Origin: Macrostomum lignano
Taxonomy: Eukaryota
Direction of reading: 5' to 3'
Assembly (NCBI GenBank): GCA_002269645.1
Contig: NIVC01001022.1
Location: 1 to 64,000, forward strand
DNA length: 64,000 nucleotides
In this document: one piece after another, positions 10,737 to 23,300 of the stretch
Layout: each line of letters opens with the position of its first letter
Numbering within the stretch: position 1 is the stretch's first letter
Notes under the pieces: model-generated
Told to the model about the DNA's origin: nothing
What the model saw: only the letters and a program-made list of their open reading frames with translations
Databases searched by the model: none
Made by a program: the position numbers and the translations under genes

Positions 10737-13464
10737 TCAGGCATTGCGGATAAAGGCGTCCAACTTTGCTGTGAGATCTTTGACACTTGTTTCCAGCTCA
10801 GCGACTCTGAAATTGCAATTAGAATTGGAATTTGGTGAGCCTGTTTGCCTCAGGCACTTCCTAGAATGTCTGGTCAATAAAGCTGTAGATCGAAACCAGA
10901 CCTGAATGAATCTGAGAGGAAGGGAAACCAGACCTGAATGAATCTGAGGGGAAGGGAAAGCAGACCTGAATGAGTCTGGGGGGAAGGGAAACCAGACCTG
11001 AATGAGTCTCAGGGGAAGGGAAACCAGACCTGAATGGGTCTGAGGGGAAGGGAAACCAGACCTGAAGGAATCTGAGGGGAAGGGAAAGCAGACCTGAATG
11101 AGTCTGAGGGAAGGGAAACCAGACCTGAAGAAATCTGAGGGGAAGGGAAAGCAGACCTAAAGAAATCTGAGGGGAAGGGAAAGCAGACCTGAATGAGTCT
11201 GAGGGGAAGGGAAAGCAGACCTGAATGAGTCTGAGGGGAAGGGAAACCAGACCTGAATGAGTCTCAGGGGAAGGGAAAGTAGACCTGAATGAGTCTGAGG
11301 GGAAGGGAAACCAGACCTGAAGGAGTCTCAGGGGAAGGGAAAGCAGACCTTAATGGGTCTGAGGGGAAGGGAAACCAGACCTGAAGGAGTCTCAGGGGAA
11401 GGGAAACCAGACCTGAAGGAATCTGAGGGGAAGGGAAACCAGACCTGAATGAGTCTGAGGGGAAGGGAAAGCAGACCTGAATGAGTCTGAGGGGAAGGGA
11501 AAGCAGACCTGAATGAGTCTGAGGGAAGGGAAACCAGACCTGAATGAGTCTGAGGGGAAGGGAAAGCAGACCTGAATGAGTCTGAGGGGAAGGGAAACCA
11601 GACCTGAATGAGTCTGAGGGAAGGGAAAGCAGACCTGAATGAGTCTGAGGGGAAGGGAAAGCAGACCTTAATGGGTCTGAGGGGAAGGGAAACCAGACCT
11701 GAATGAGTCTGAGGGAAGGGAAACCAGACCTGAATGAGTCTGAGGGGAAGGGAAACCAGACCTTAATGGGTCTGAGGGGAAGGGAAACCAGACCTGAAGG
11801 AGTCTCAGGGGAAGGGAAACCAGACCTGAAGGAATCTGAGGGGAAGGGAAACCAGACCTGAAGAAAGCTGAGGAGAGTCAACCTAAACCTAACCAGACCT
11901 GAAGGCATCCCTCAAGAAGGATGAACTGAGCTAAACTGATAAACCAGCATGCTGCAATCCAACCAGCTGAAAAAGTTTTCAATTCCTCACCTGCGGCTCT
12001 GCTGCTGCACAGCTTCCTCCAGACCTTCATCTCCAGTCTCAGACTTCTCTCCGCTCCCCTCGGCTCTCTGAGCAGTCTTGTAAGCTCGATAATCTTTCTC
12101 AAAGCTGCCCCTGAACACGGCCTTGAGTCCGGTGTAGGTGCGGTTAGGATAGACCTCCATGTGGGAGCGGTGGAACCGGCGCTGGAAATACCTGGGACAG
12201 TTGGTCTCCACCTCGTAGATTAGATTGATCTGAGCGACAGGTGCGAGACGAGGTTTTCGTGCTAGTCAGCAGTCAATCGAAGTATTTGGAAAATATTTTC
12301 AAAATTCTCATGCCGATATATCTACAGTCTACGTGATGTCAATCGGCGCCAATCCTACAGTCCTCATGGCGCCAATCCTACAGTCCTCATGGCGCCAATC
12401 CTACAGTCCTCATGGCGCCAATCCTACAGTCCTCATGGCGCCAATCCTACAGTCCTCATGGCGCCAATCCTACAGTCCTCATGGCGCCAATCCTACAGTC
12501 CTCATGGCGCCAATCCTACAGTCCTCATGGCGCCAATCCTACAGTCCTCATGGCGCCAATCCTACAGTGCTCATGGCGCCAATCCTACAGTCCTCATGGC
12601 GCCAATCCTACAGTCCTCATGGCGCCAATCCTACAGTGCTCATGGCGCCAATCCTACAGTCCTCATGGCGCCAATCCTACAGTCCTCATGGCGCCAATCC
12701 TACAGTCCTCATGGCGCCAATCCTACAGTCCTCATGGCGCCAATCCTACAGTCCTCATGGCGCCAATCCTACAGTCCTCATGGCGCCAATCCTACAGTCC
12801 TCATGGCGCCAATCCTACAGTCCTCATGGCGCCAATCCTACAGTCCTCATGGCGCCAATCCTACAGTCCTCATGGCGCCAATCCTACAGTCCTCATGGCG
12901 CCAATCCTACAGTCCTCATGGCGCCAATCCTACAGTCTACGTGACGCCAACTTTGCTCTCTGGAGCGCACCACAGTGTAGTCCACTGAAAGCGAGAAGCG
13001 TTGAAAATAAAAAGTTATGAATTTTCCCAAATTCGCCATTTCGACTCACCCTTAATGCCAGCAGCTGTAGCTCGGCTTCTCGCGTGATGCCCTCGATGTC
13101 GCCAACAGCAATGCCAATCTGGGCAAGAGGAGGCAATATCGGATTTTGTTACGTTTATTTGTGACAAGCCTACATGTGAGTACATTTCACTCTGCCTATC
13201 GAAGCCATTGAAGAAACGCCAGAAAAACTCACCAACAAGTTCATCAGCGCAATCGGCATAATGATAACGAAGGCAACGAACAAGCATTGTACAGCAGTCT
13301 GGAATCTGCCATAGTCTGCCGATACAAAGTACGTGACGAATTCCAGCTCGCCGACTGTCATGTCGAATGCCTTCAGTATGGCGTAGGGCACCGTGCTGAA
13401 GGGCGTCTGAAGACGTTTGGGGACAAGGCGGCTGTCGATTAATTAAGAAACAAACCAATCAATT

Positions 13465-13538
<74 letters not shown>

Positions 13539-13671
13539 CCAATCAACCAATCAGTCAATCAATCAATCAAGAAATCAGTCAATCAATCAATCAATCAATC
13601 AATCGATCAACCAATCAGTCAATCAATCAATCAACCAATCAGTCAATCAATTAATCAATTAACCAACCAAC

Positions 13672-13703
<32 letters not shown>

Positions 13704-13779
13704 GAACCAATCAATCAATCAATCAATCAACAAACGAACCAATCAATCAATCAATTAATTAATCAATCAATCAAGCAAG

Positions 13780-13810
<31 letters not shown>

Positions 13811-13850
13811 CCAACTAATCAGTAAATCAATCAATCAATCAATCAATCAG

Positions 13851-13899
<49 letters not shown>

Positions 13900-16800
13900 G
13901 AACCAATCAATCAATCAATCAATCAAGAAATCAATCAATCATTTAAAGGGTTTGCCGTAGCCCAGTGGTCCAGCGCGGCGCTCTGATGTGCCGGGTGGCC
14001 CAGGCTCGATTCCAGGTGCAGTCACATTAATTAATTTGGAATCTGGGCTTGGCTCTGCTCGTGCAATTAAGGCCCAACCCCCCCCCCCCCCAAGGCACAG
14101 TGAAGTGTACATGCCTAACGATAAATAAAGATAGGGCCGCTGTACACTCCTGTGTGAGTGTGTGCCTGTGCGTATGGCTGAGTTTGCCTGCTCAGGGAAG
14201 TCGGCGGAATGGGCAGCAATGCCTCTCGCCGGTTGTGCGACAATTATTCAATTAAATAATGCAACTAAGCACTTGAAATTTCAATCAATAATGGACCAAT
14301 GAAACAATCAATCAAGGAGTCAACTAATTTAATTAAGTATATCATCGAGTAATAATGAAGCAATTTATTCACTACACTTCCATTCATCAATTTTACTCAT
14401 CTTGCGAATGTTAGTGTTGAAAACTCACTGAAGATCTCATACTCGAGTAGAAAGCCATCGCAAAAGCCATCAAAAAGAAGCCAAAGATGAGCAGCACTTT
14501 CACAAGAGACACCAACACTCTTTGAAACATCAGCGAGTACAGGCCGGTGGAGGGTATGCTGCGGGTTGAGCAATGAATGCATGAAATTTATTGAAATTCT
14601 TCGTAATAAACATAGACACTTAAAAAAACTATTGTAGATGAGCCACTCAGGAATATATACTTAGTAGTAAAACAGCTTTCTACTTTCAGTTCAGTAGCAT
14701 AGAAGAATACATAAGCTATTTTATAAAAGTAAAGCCAGCTTTGATAAGTTTAGAAGCCCAAGCTTGCAGGCGTAAACAACTTGCTAATTGGTTCAGCAGT
14801 AATGTACATTGGCCAGTCCACTGAAATGTACATGGCAGCTTTAGGCTGGAATTCCGAGAAAGGCAATAAAAATTGGGGCGGGCGAGGGGGGGTAGTGGGA
14901 AAGGCGCGGTTGGAGGGTTTAGGCTGAGGTGGGGGTTTAAGAGCCAATAAATGACCCTTTGCTGTAATTCTGAAATGCTTCTGTTTAACTCACTACTGAA
15001 CTGAAAGTAGCTTACATGCAAATTTTCCGAGTGGCCCATCTAGCCGGATTATAGTTATTCTAGTATCGATGGTAATTAATAACAATTTTTATGATTTTAT
15101 GACTCGATTTGCCTCTCACCACTCGATCTGGAACAGCACCAGAGACCAGGCCAGCACGATGGACACCAGCCCGAACATCCAGTTCCACATGCACGGCTCC
15201 GAGTCCGGCGGGTACATGAACAGGAAGGTCGAGAAGTACAGGCTCAGGTAGAAGTACACCTCGATGCTCATGAAGTACGACAGGCGCTGAAGAAGTTTTT
15301 CGGGTAATCGAGGAGTCATTTGCATCTGATCTCAACTTGTCTCATTACATCTAATCTCCCCTCATCTCATTACATCTCATCTCATCACATCTCATCTCAT
15401 CACATCTCATCTCATCTCATCTCATCTTATCTCATCTCATCTCATCTTATCTCAACTTAACTCATCTCATCTAATCAAATCTCACCTCTATTTTAACTAA
15501 TCTAATCTCATTATGTTTTCTCATATCTCATCTTGTTGTATCTAATCTCATCCATTCCATTTTAATTCATCTTATCTCATTTTATCTCATCTAGACCCAT
15601 CTTATCTCATCAACTCTTAACAAACCTAATCAAATCTGATCTACTTCTGGTCAAATCTCAAATCTTCAACTAATCTCATCTCATGTAACCCGATTTTTAT
15701 CCTAACTCAGAGCAGGAATTACTTTGTGCAGAAATTTCAGCAGCTCAAGCAGAACTCGAATAATTAGAAAGCAAGTGATGACGGACTTCTCAGCGATAAT
15801 TCTCCAGTTAGTGAGTTTCGGTCGCTGTAATTTACAAATTTCTTTCAGAGTAAATAAAATATCAAAATTGTACTACTAAACTTTTTTCAATTACTATAAG
15901 TAGCAATGCAAGAATATTTTACCCCGGAACCGGAGCCCAAGCTCCTGGTTGAGTTAACTGGAGGCTTCTGGAATGGTTACAATTCTGAAATTATAAACAG
16001 AATGAAAAAAATGCTAAAAATTTTTAATCAATCTAAGTTCATTTAGGTTAAGTTTAAGTCTAAAAGTTAAGTTTAGCACCAAGTCAATCAAGTTTGGCGC
16101 CCCAGTCAATCAAGTTTTGCGCCCCTGTCAATCAAGTTTGGTGCCCCCAGTCAATCAAGTTTGGCGCCCCAGTCAATCAAGTTTGGCGCCCCTGTCAATC
16201 AAGTTTGGCGCCCAAGTCAATCAAGTTTGGCGCCCCAGTCAATCAAGTTTGGCGCCCAAGTCAATCAAGTTTGGTGCCCCTGTCAATGAAGTTTGGCGCC
16301 CTGCAGTCTTTCATGTTTGGCGCCCTGCAGTCTTTCAAGTTTGGCGCCCTGCAGTCTTTCATGTTTGGCGCCCTGCAGTCTTTCAAGTTTGGCGCCCTGC
16401 AGTCTTTCATGTTTGGCGCCCTGCAGTCTTTCAAGTTTGGCGCCCTGCAGTCTTTCATGTTTGGCGCCCTGCAGTCTTTCAAGTTTGGCGCCCTGCAGTC
16501 TTTCATGTTTGGCGCCCTGCAGTCTTTCATGTTTGGCGCCCTGCAGTCTTTCATGTTTGACGCTCTGCAGTCTTTCATGTTTGGCGCTCTGCAGTCTTTC
16601 ATTTCGGCGCTCTGCAGTCTTTCATGAGTGGCGCCCTGTCTTTAATGTGTGGCGCCCTGTCTTTAATGTGTGGCGCCCTGTCTTTAATGTGTGGCGCCCC
16701 TGTCTTTAACGTGTGGCGCCCCTGTCTTTAATGTGTGGCGCCCCTGTCAAGCAAATTTAACGCATATTTCTTTCAAAATGGCGCAATTTTATTTCAGTTG

Positions 16801-17186
16801 GACACCCTGCAGGTGCAGATAAAACTGTTTGGCGCACATCCAAGCTAAAAAGTGAATATCAAAAGTGGCAGACCAGGCCAGCCGTGGTGTTTCTGCAGCC
16901 GTACTCGTCCATCTGGTTGGGCAGCAGCGGTCCCTGGTCCACCACGAACACCGTCAGGCAGGCGACAAACAGGGCGTAGAAAACTATGTCAATCCACAGG
17001 GACATGCTGGCGAACTTCTGCCTGCAGTTCGTGGTAGAATTTTTTCCTGTAGCAGGCGGACAGATAAACAGAGACACCAAGACAGACTCTAAGACAGGCA
17101 CTGAGACAGGCACTGAGACAGGCACTGAGACAGGCACTGAGACAGGCACTGAGACAGGCACTGAGACAGGCACTAAGACATGTACT

Positions 17187-17252
<66 letters not shown>

Positions 17253-17255
17253 CTA

Positions 17256-17306
<51 letters not shown>

Positions 17307-20300
17307 AAGGCAAACAGACAGCCAGAAAAACAGACAGAAACCCGCACCACTTCTCCTGCATGACAGCAGAAGACAGTGGATGCTTGAGCAAGTCCAGCTG
17401 CTTGAACCGAGCCATAGTCATCAGAGCCAGGTAGCGATGAGGCTGAGAGGCTGGATAATCTGGTCCAGGATCGATTAGGGAGTAGTTGTAGATTACCTGA
17501 AGATAGAAATTTTGCACAAAATTTTGCAGTACAGATGTACCTTATACAAGGCAAAAATCGAGTCACTAAAGAGAACCAACCGCAAAGTTTTTGTCCATGG
17601 GGTCGTGAACCGTTGTGTCAATTCCGTAGTCCAGAACTTTCTACGAAACAATATATTATGAAAATTGCATTTTAGTAAGTTGCAAAGTTGGCTACTGTTA
17701 GTATAGTGCACAGTGCAAATGAAATTAGTTCCCGTCTGAGACTTTAAAAGCAACAATTTTTTACCTTGGCAAATTCAGGCGAATACTGAACCAGCTTGTC
17801 CATGTGCGTCCTGCCATTCTCCCGTCGGTATGTCATGATCCACGACCAGCTGCGGTTATGTTGGAATTCGTGGAAAGTCTTTAGTGTACCTGGGGCCGCT
17901 TGCAGTCTTTTGAGAGAGAGAGAGAGAGAGGGGTTTGAGAGAGAGGAGGGAGAGAGGGAGAGAGGAAGAGGGAAATGGAAAGAGAGGGAGAGGTTAAAAG
18001 TACGTACAATTAGGTTGCAACCCAAAATGACAAGTAAAGTCAGCACTGTTTCAATTGCAATTGCTCAACTATTCAAATCAACTACTCAACTTGAGAATCA
18101 TGAGAATCTACACTGCTCAACTTGAGAATCATGAGAAGCTACACTACTCAACTTGAGAATAATGAGAAGCATCGCTACTCAACTTGAGAATCATGAGAAG
18201 CTACACTACTCAACTTGAGAATCATGATAATCTACACTACTCAACTTGAGAATCATGAGAAGCTACGCTACTCAACTTGAGAATCATGATAATCTACGCT
18301 ACTCAACTTGATAATCATGAGAAGCTACACTACTCAACTTGAGAATCATGAGAAGCTACGCTACTCAACTTGAGAATCATGAGCAGCTACGCTACTCAAC
18401 TTGAGAATCATGAGCAGCTACGCTACTCAACTTGAGAATCATGAGCAGCTACGCTACTCAACTTGAGAATCATGAGCAGCTACGCTACTCAACTTGAGAA
18501 CCATGAGAAGCTACACTAATCAACTTGAGAATCATGAGAAGCTACGCTACTCAACTTGAGAACCATGAGCAGCTATGCTACTCAACTTGAGAATCATGAG
18601 AAGCTACGCTACTCAACTTGAGAACCATGAGCAGCTATGCTACTCAACTTGAGAATCATGAGAAGCTATGCTACTCAACTTGAAAACCATGAGCAGCTAT
18701 GCTACTCAACTTGAGAACCATGAGCAGCTATGCTACTCAACTTGAGAATCATGAGAAGTTATGCTACTAAACTCCAATACCGTAACATTGAACGCCAAGC
18801 ATATAATAAATGTCACTAAAATGCGCCACATACTACTGCTCGCTGAAGAAAATCTCCAACGCCTCTCGATTGCTGACGAAAATAGCGAAGTCCACAGCCG
18901 TCTCGCTGCTGTTGTTCTCGCTGATCGGTGCTGAGTACTCCAGCAGCAGCCTCACGCACCGGCCAGTTGAGTCCTCCTTGGCTGCATAGTGCAGCGCCGT
19001 GTTCTGCAAATATTCAGAGACACCTTCAGACATTTGCACTTTTAATATTAGTACGCGTGCACTAAAAATGGCAACCTTGTTGACATCGGTGGCGTTGATA
19101 TCGATGTCCCTGTCCAGGAGGAACTTGGCGATCTCGTAGTGGGACTTGGCGACCGCCAGCATCAGCGAGTTGCGGCCCACATCGTCCCTGGGGTCATTGG
19201 GTGCAAATGGGTCACTGATTTTGTTGAGCTGCTGGGTGAGTGAGTCTCTGAGGTCATTGGGTGCAAATGGGTCACTGATTTTGTTGAGCTGCTGGGTGAG
19301 TGAGTCTCTGGGGTCATTGGGTGCAAATGGGTCACTGATTTTGTTGAGCTGCTGGGTGAGTGAGTCTCTGAGGTTATTGGGTGCAAATGGGTCACTGATT
19401 TTGTTGACCTGCTGGGTCATTGAGTCTCTGGGGTTATTGAGTCACTTTGGGGCATTGAGTCACTCTGGGGCACTGAGTCACTCTAGGGCATTGAGTTATT
19501 CTTGGGTGATTGGGTCACTCTGGGTTGTTGTGTTAGTGGGTCATTGGGTCACTGGGTCACTGGGTGATTGAGTCACTAAATGCTAATCTCAGATCGCTCA
19601 GCCTCACTTGGCGCTGAAGTCCGCTCCGCACTCAACGCACAGGAAGTTGAAAACGTCAAAGCGGCCCTCCTCAGCCACCAGCAGCACCATTGTCCGCTCG
19701 TCCAGGTCGCGATGATGAACTGACAGGCCGGCCGTCGACTCGATGAGCAGCCGCAGGCAGTCTAGGTGGCCCGCCTTGGCCGCCACGTGGGCGGGACGGC
19801 GCTCGTCTCCGTCAAGGACGGTGCAGTCGGCGCCGCTGCCCACCAGGCGCCAGGCGAGCTGAAGGTAGTGGTTTCATCTCAGAAAGATCCCAGATCCCGA
19901 TCCCAGATCCCGATCCCAGATCCCGATCCCAGATCCCGATCCCAGATCCCGATCCCAGATCCCGATCCCAGATCCCGATCCCAGATCCCGATCCCAGATC
20001 CCGATCCCAGATCCCGATCCCAGATCCCGATCCCAGATCCCGATCCCAGATCCCGATCCCAGATCCCGATCCCAGATCCCGATCCCAGATCCCGATCCCA
20101 GATCCCGATCCCAGATCCCGATCCCAGATCCCGATCCCAGATCCCGATCCCAGATCCCGATCCCAGATCCCGATCCCAGATCCCGATCCCAGATCCCGAT
20201 CCCAGATCCCGATCCCAGATCCCGATCCCAGATCCCGATCCCAGATCCCGATCCCAGATCCCGATCCCAGATCCCGATCCCAGATCCCGATCCCAGATCC

Positions 20301-23300
20301 CGATCCCAGATCCCGATCCCAGATCCCGATCCCAGATCCCGATCCCAGATCCCGATCCCAGATCCCGATCCCAGATCCCGATCCCAGATCCCGATCCCAG
20401 ATCCCGATCCCAGATCCCGATCCCAGATCCCGATCCCAGATCCCGATCCCAGATCCCGATCCCAGATCCCGATCCCAGATCCCGATCCCAGATCCCGATC
20501 CCAGATCCCGATCCCAGATCCCGATCCCAGATCCCGATCCCAGATCCCGATCCCAGATCCCGATCCCAGATCCCGATCCCAGATCCCGATCCCAGATCCC
20601 GATCCCAGATCCCTATCCCAGTGCTCACCCCGGTGCAGCCCCTCTCGGCGGCGTAGTGCAGCGGAGTCTTGTCGAACATGTCTTGCTTGTTGAGCACTGT
20701 ATCAACTCCCGGCGCCTCTAGCAGCCGCTCAACAATCCCGTCGTTGTCCTCGATGACCGCCCAGTGCAGCGGCGTCCGCATGCCGACATCGTGGCCGTCC
20801 AGTCTGGCGCGAAATTCCAGCAAGACGTCGGCGACCGGACGGTGGCCCCGCTTGCAGGCCCAGTGCAGCGGCGACATGAAGTCTGCGTCTGAGGCGTCCA
20901 CGGCAGCGCCCTGGAGGAGTTCGGAGCTTGCATCAAGATTTAACAAGACCTCTCGCTAACATAACAAACACCCGGTTGCTGGCGCCCCTGGTGCTGGCGC
21001 CCCTGGTGCTGGCGCCCCTGGTGCTGGCGCCCCTGGTGCTGGCGCCCCTGGTGCTAAAGCCCCTGGTGCTAAAGCCCCTGGTGCTAAAGCCCCTGGTGCT
21101 GGCGCCCCTGGTGCTGGCGCCCCTGGTGCTGGCGCCCCTGGTGCTGGCGCCCCTGGTGCTGGCGCCCCTGGTGCTGGCGCCCCTGGTGCTGGCGCCCCTG
21201 GTGCTGGCGCCCCTGGTGCTGGCGCCCCTGGTGCTGGCGCCCCTGGTGCTGGCGCCCCTGGTGCTGGCGCCCCTGGTGCTGGCGCCCCTGGTGCTGGCGC
21301 CCCTGGTGCTGGCGCCCCTGGTGCTGGCGCCCCTGGTGCTGGCGCCCCTGGTGCTGGCGCCCCTGGTGCTGGCGCCCCTGGTGCTGGCGCCCCTGGTGCT
21401 GGCGCCCCTGGTGCTGGCGCCCCTGGTGCTGGCGCCCCTGGTGCTGGCGCCCCTGGTGCTGGCGCCCCTGGTGCTAAAGCCCCTGGTGCTGGCGCCCCTG
21501 GTGCTGGCGCCCCTGGTGCTGGCGCCCCTGGTGCTGGCGCCCCTGGTGCTGGCGCCCCTGGTGCTGGCGCCCCTGGTGCTAAAGCCCCTGGTGCTAAAGC
21601 CCCTGGTGCTAAAGCCCCTGGTGCTAAAGCCCCTGGTGCTAAAGCCCCTGGTGCTAAAGCCCCTGGTGCTAAAGCCCCTGGTGCTAAAGCCCCTGGTGCT
21701 AAAGCCCCTGGTGCTAAAGCCCCTGGTGCTAAAGCCCCTGGTGCTAAAGCCCCTGGTGCTAAAGCCCCTGGTGCTAAAGCCCCTGGTGCTAAAGGCGTTT
21801 TTGCAAGTTATTTAGCTTCAAATGCGCATAGACTACTACTGATGAGAACTTAGTAAGTAGTTGAAATAAAGCAACTTCTGTTCATGTAAACCTGAGATCA
21901 AAAGAACTTAGTATTAAGTTTTGTATATGAAATGTGGCACACAGTTCTCAGTAGCCTGTACTTGTAGCTCCTGGGATTTTATTCCCACAAATCTCAAACA
22001 TTATTTGAGCACCTGGTGGCATGGCACTGTTGTAGCTGAAATTCCAATCGATCTGAATTCTGACTCTGAATTTGAAGCGATCGCAAGCATATATAAGTCG
22101 TGGGGTGTTGAATCCGGAACAGGTGTTTAAGCAAGAAATGATTGCTGCCACCAGCGCCAAAGAAGCAGCCAAAGAAGGAAGGTTGGATAAAATTATGTAA
22201 ATAATATAAAACTTAATCCACTATGCTAAACTTACTTTTATGATAAGCTGTCTAGCAATGTCAGGTTGGTTATTGAGTCCGCATCTGACAAAAAAGTGTT
22301 GTGAATTAGCAATTTGAATTGCGTTGAAACAATTTTTTGTTGGACTTCAAAACACTGGTCAACTCACTCATGCAACGGAGTTCGTCTCTTCTTGTCCAGA
22401 CAACCCGGATCTGCGCCATTCGACAGGAGAATCTCCGCCACGTCCTGATAGCCCAGCGATGCGGCTATGTGCAGTGGCGTGTTGCCGTCATTCTGTTGAA
22501 TAATCATGTACCAGGACGTGCGTGAGGAAACCGATCACTACTCAAGTAGAAGTAGAAGGGCATAAAATTACGTAGGATGCAGGTTTTACCAAAGAAATGC
22601 TTACATTACAGATAAGTAATAAGAATTATATGTTAATTTTATATCCTACGTACATGTACTCGTACATGTCATGTGCTTAAAAATCATGAAAAATAGCTCA
22701 ACTCGATTCATTCGATTTATTAATTCATTTTATCATTCTGTTATACATTTTGTCATATAGTTCGTCTGTCGTCTGTAGTTTGAAACTTAAACCCAGGAGC
22801 GTCGCCATGGATTTTATGGTAGGGGGGGGGACAAAGCCAAGAACTCAACATGTACATGACTAAATTCCTACAATTACATTAGTTTGAGAATCGTGTTGTC
22901 AGCGCTCATTCTGGCGCCACAGGCACTCATTTTAGCGCCGCAGGCACTCATTCTGGCGCCGAAGGCGCTTTTTTGGCGCCCTGAAGAAAAATTATTGATT
23001 AACACGAATCACAAGGTAGGGAGGGGGCCGTAGCCCAGCGGTAGCGCAGCTGCTCTGGTGTGCCAGCGACCCAGGCTCGATTCCAAGTGCAGTCACATTA
23101 ATTTGGGGCTGAATTGGAATCTCGGCTTGGCTCTGCTCGTGCAATTAACGGCCTTGAGAGCCAACCCTCCAAGGCACAGTGAAGTGTACATGCCTAACGA
23201 TAAAATAAAGTTAGGGCCACTGTACACTCCTGTGTGAGTGTGTGCCTGCGTACGTATCCGCGCGCTTGTATGCCTGCTCAGGGGAGTCGGCGGAATGGGC

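Noticed and set aside
13954-14025. tRNA-like sequences (also 23022-23095 and 4730-4795)
   Set aside because: A/B boxes continue into shared non-tRNA bodies with tails and TSDs, so these are SINE heads; no convincing cloverleaf.
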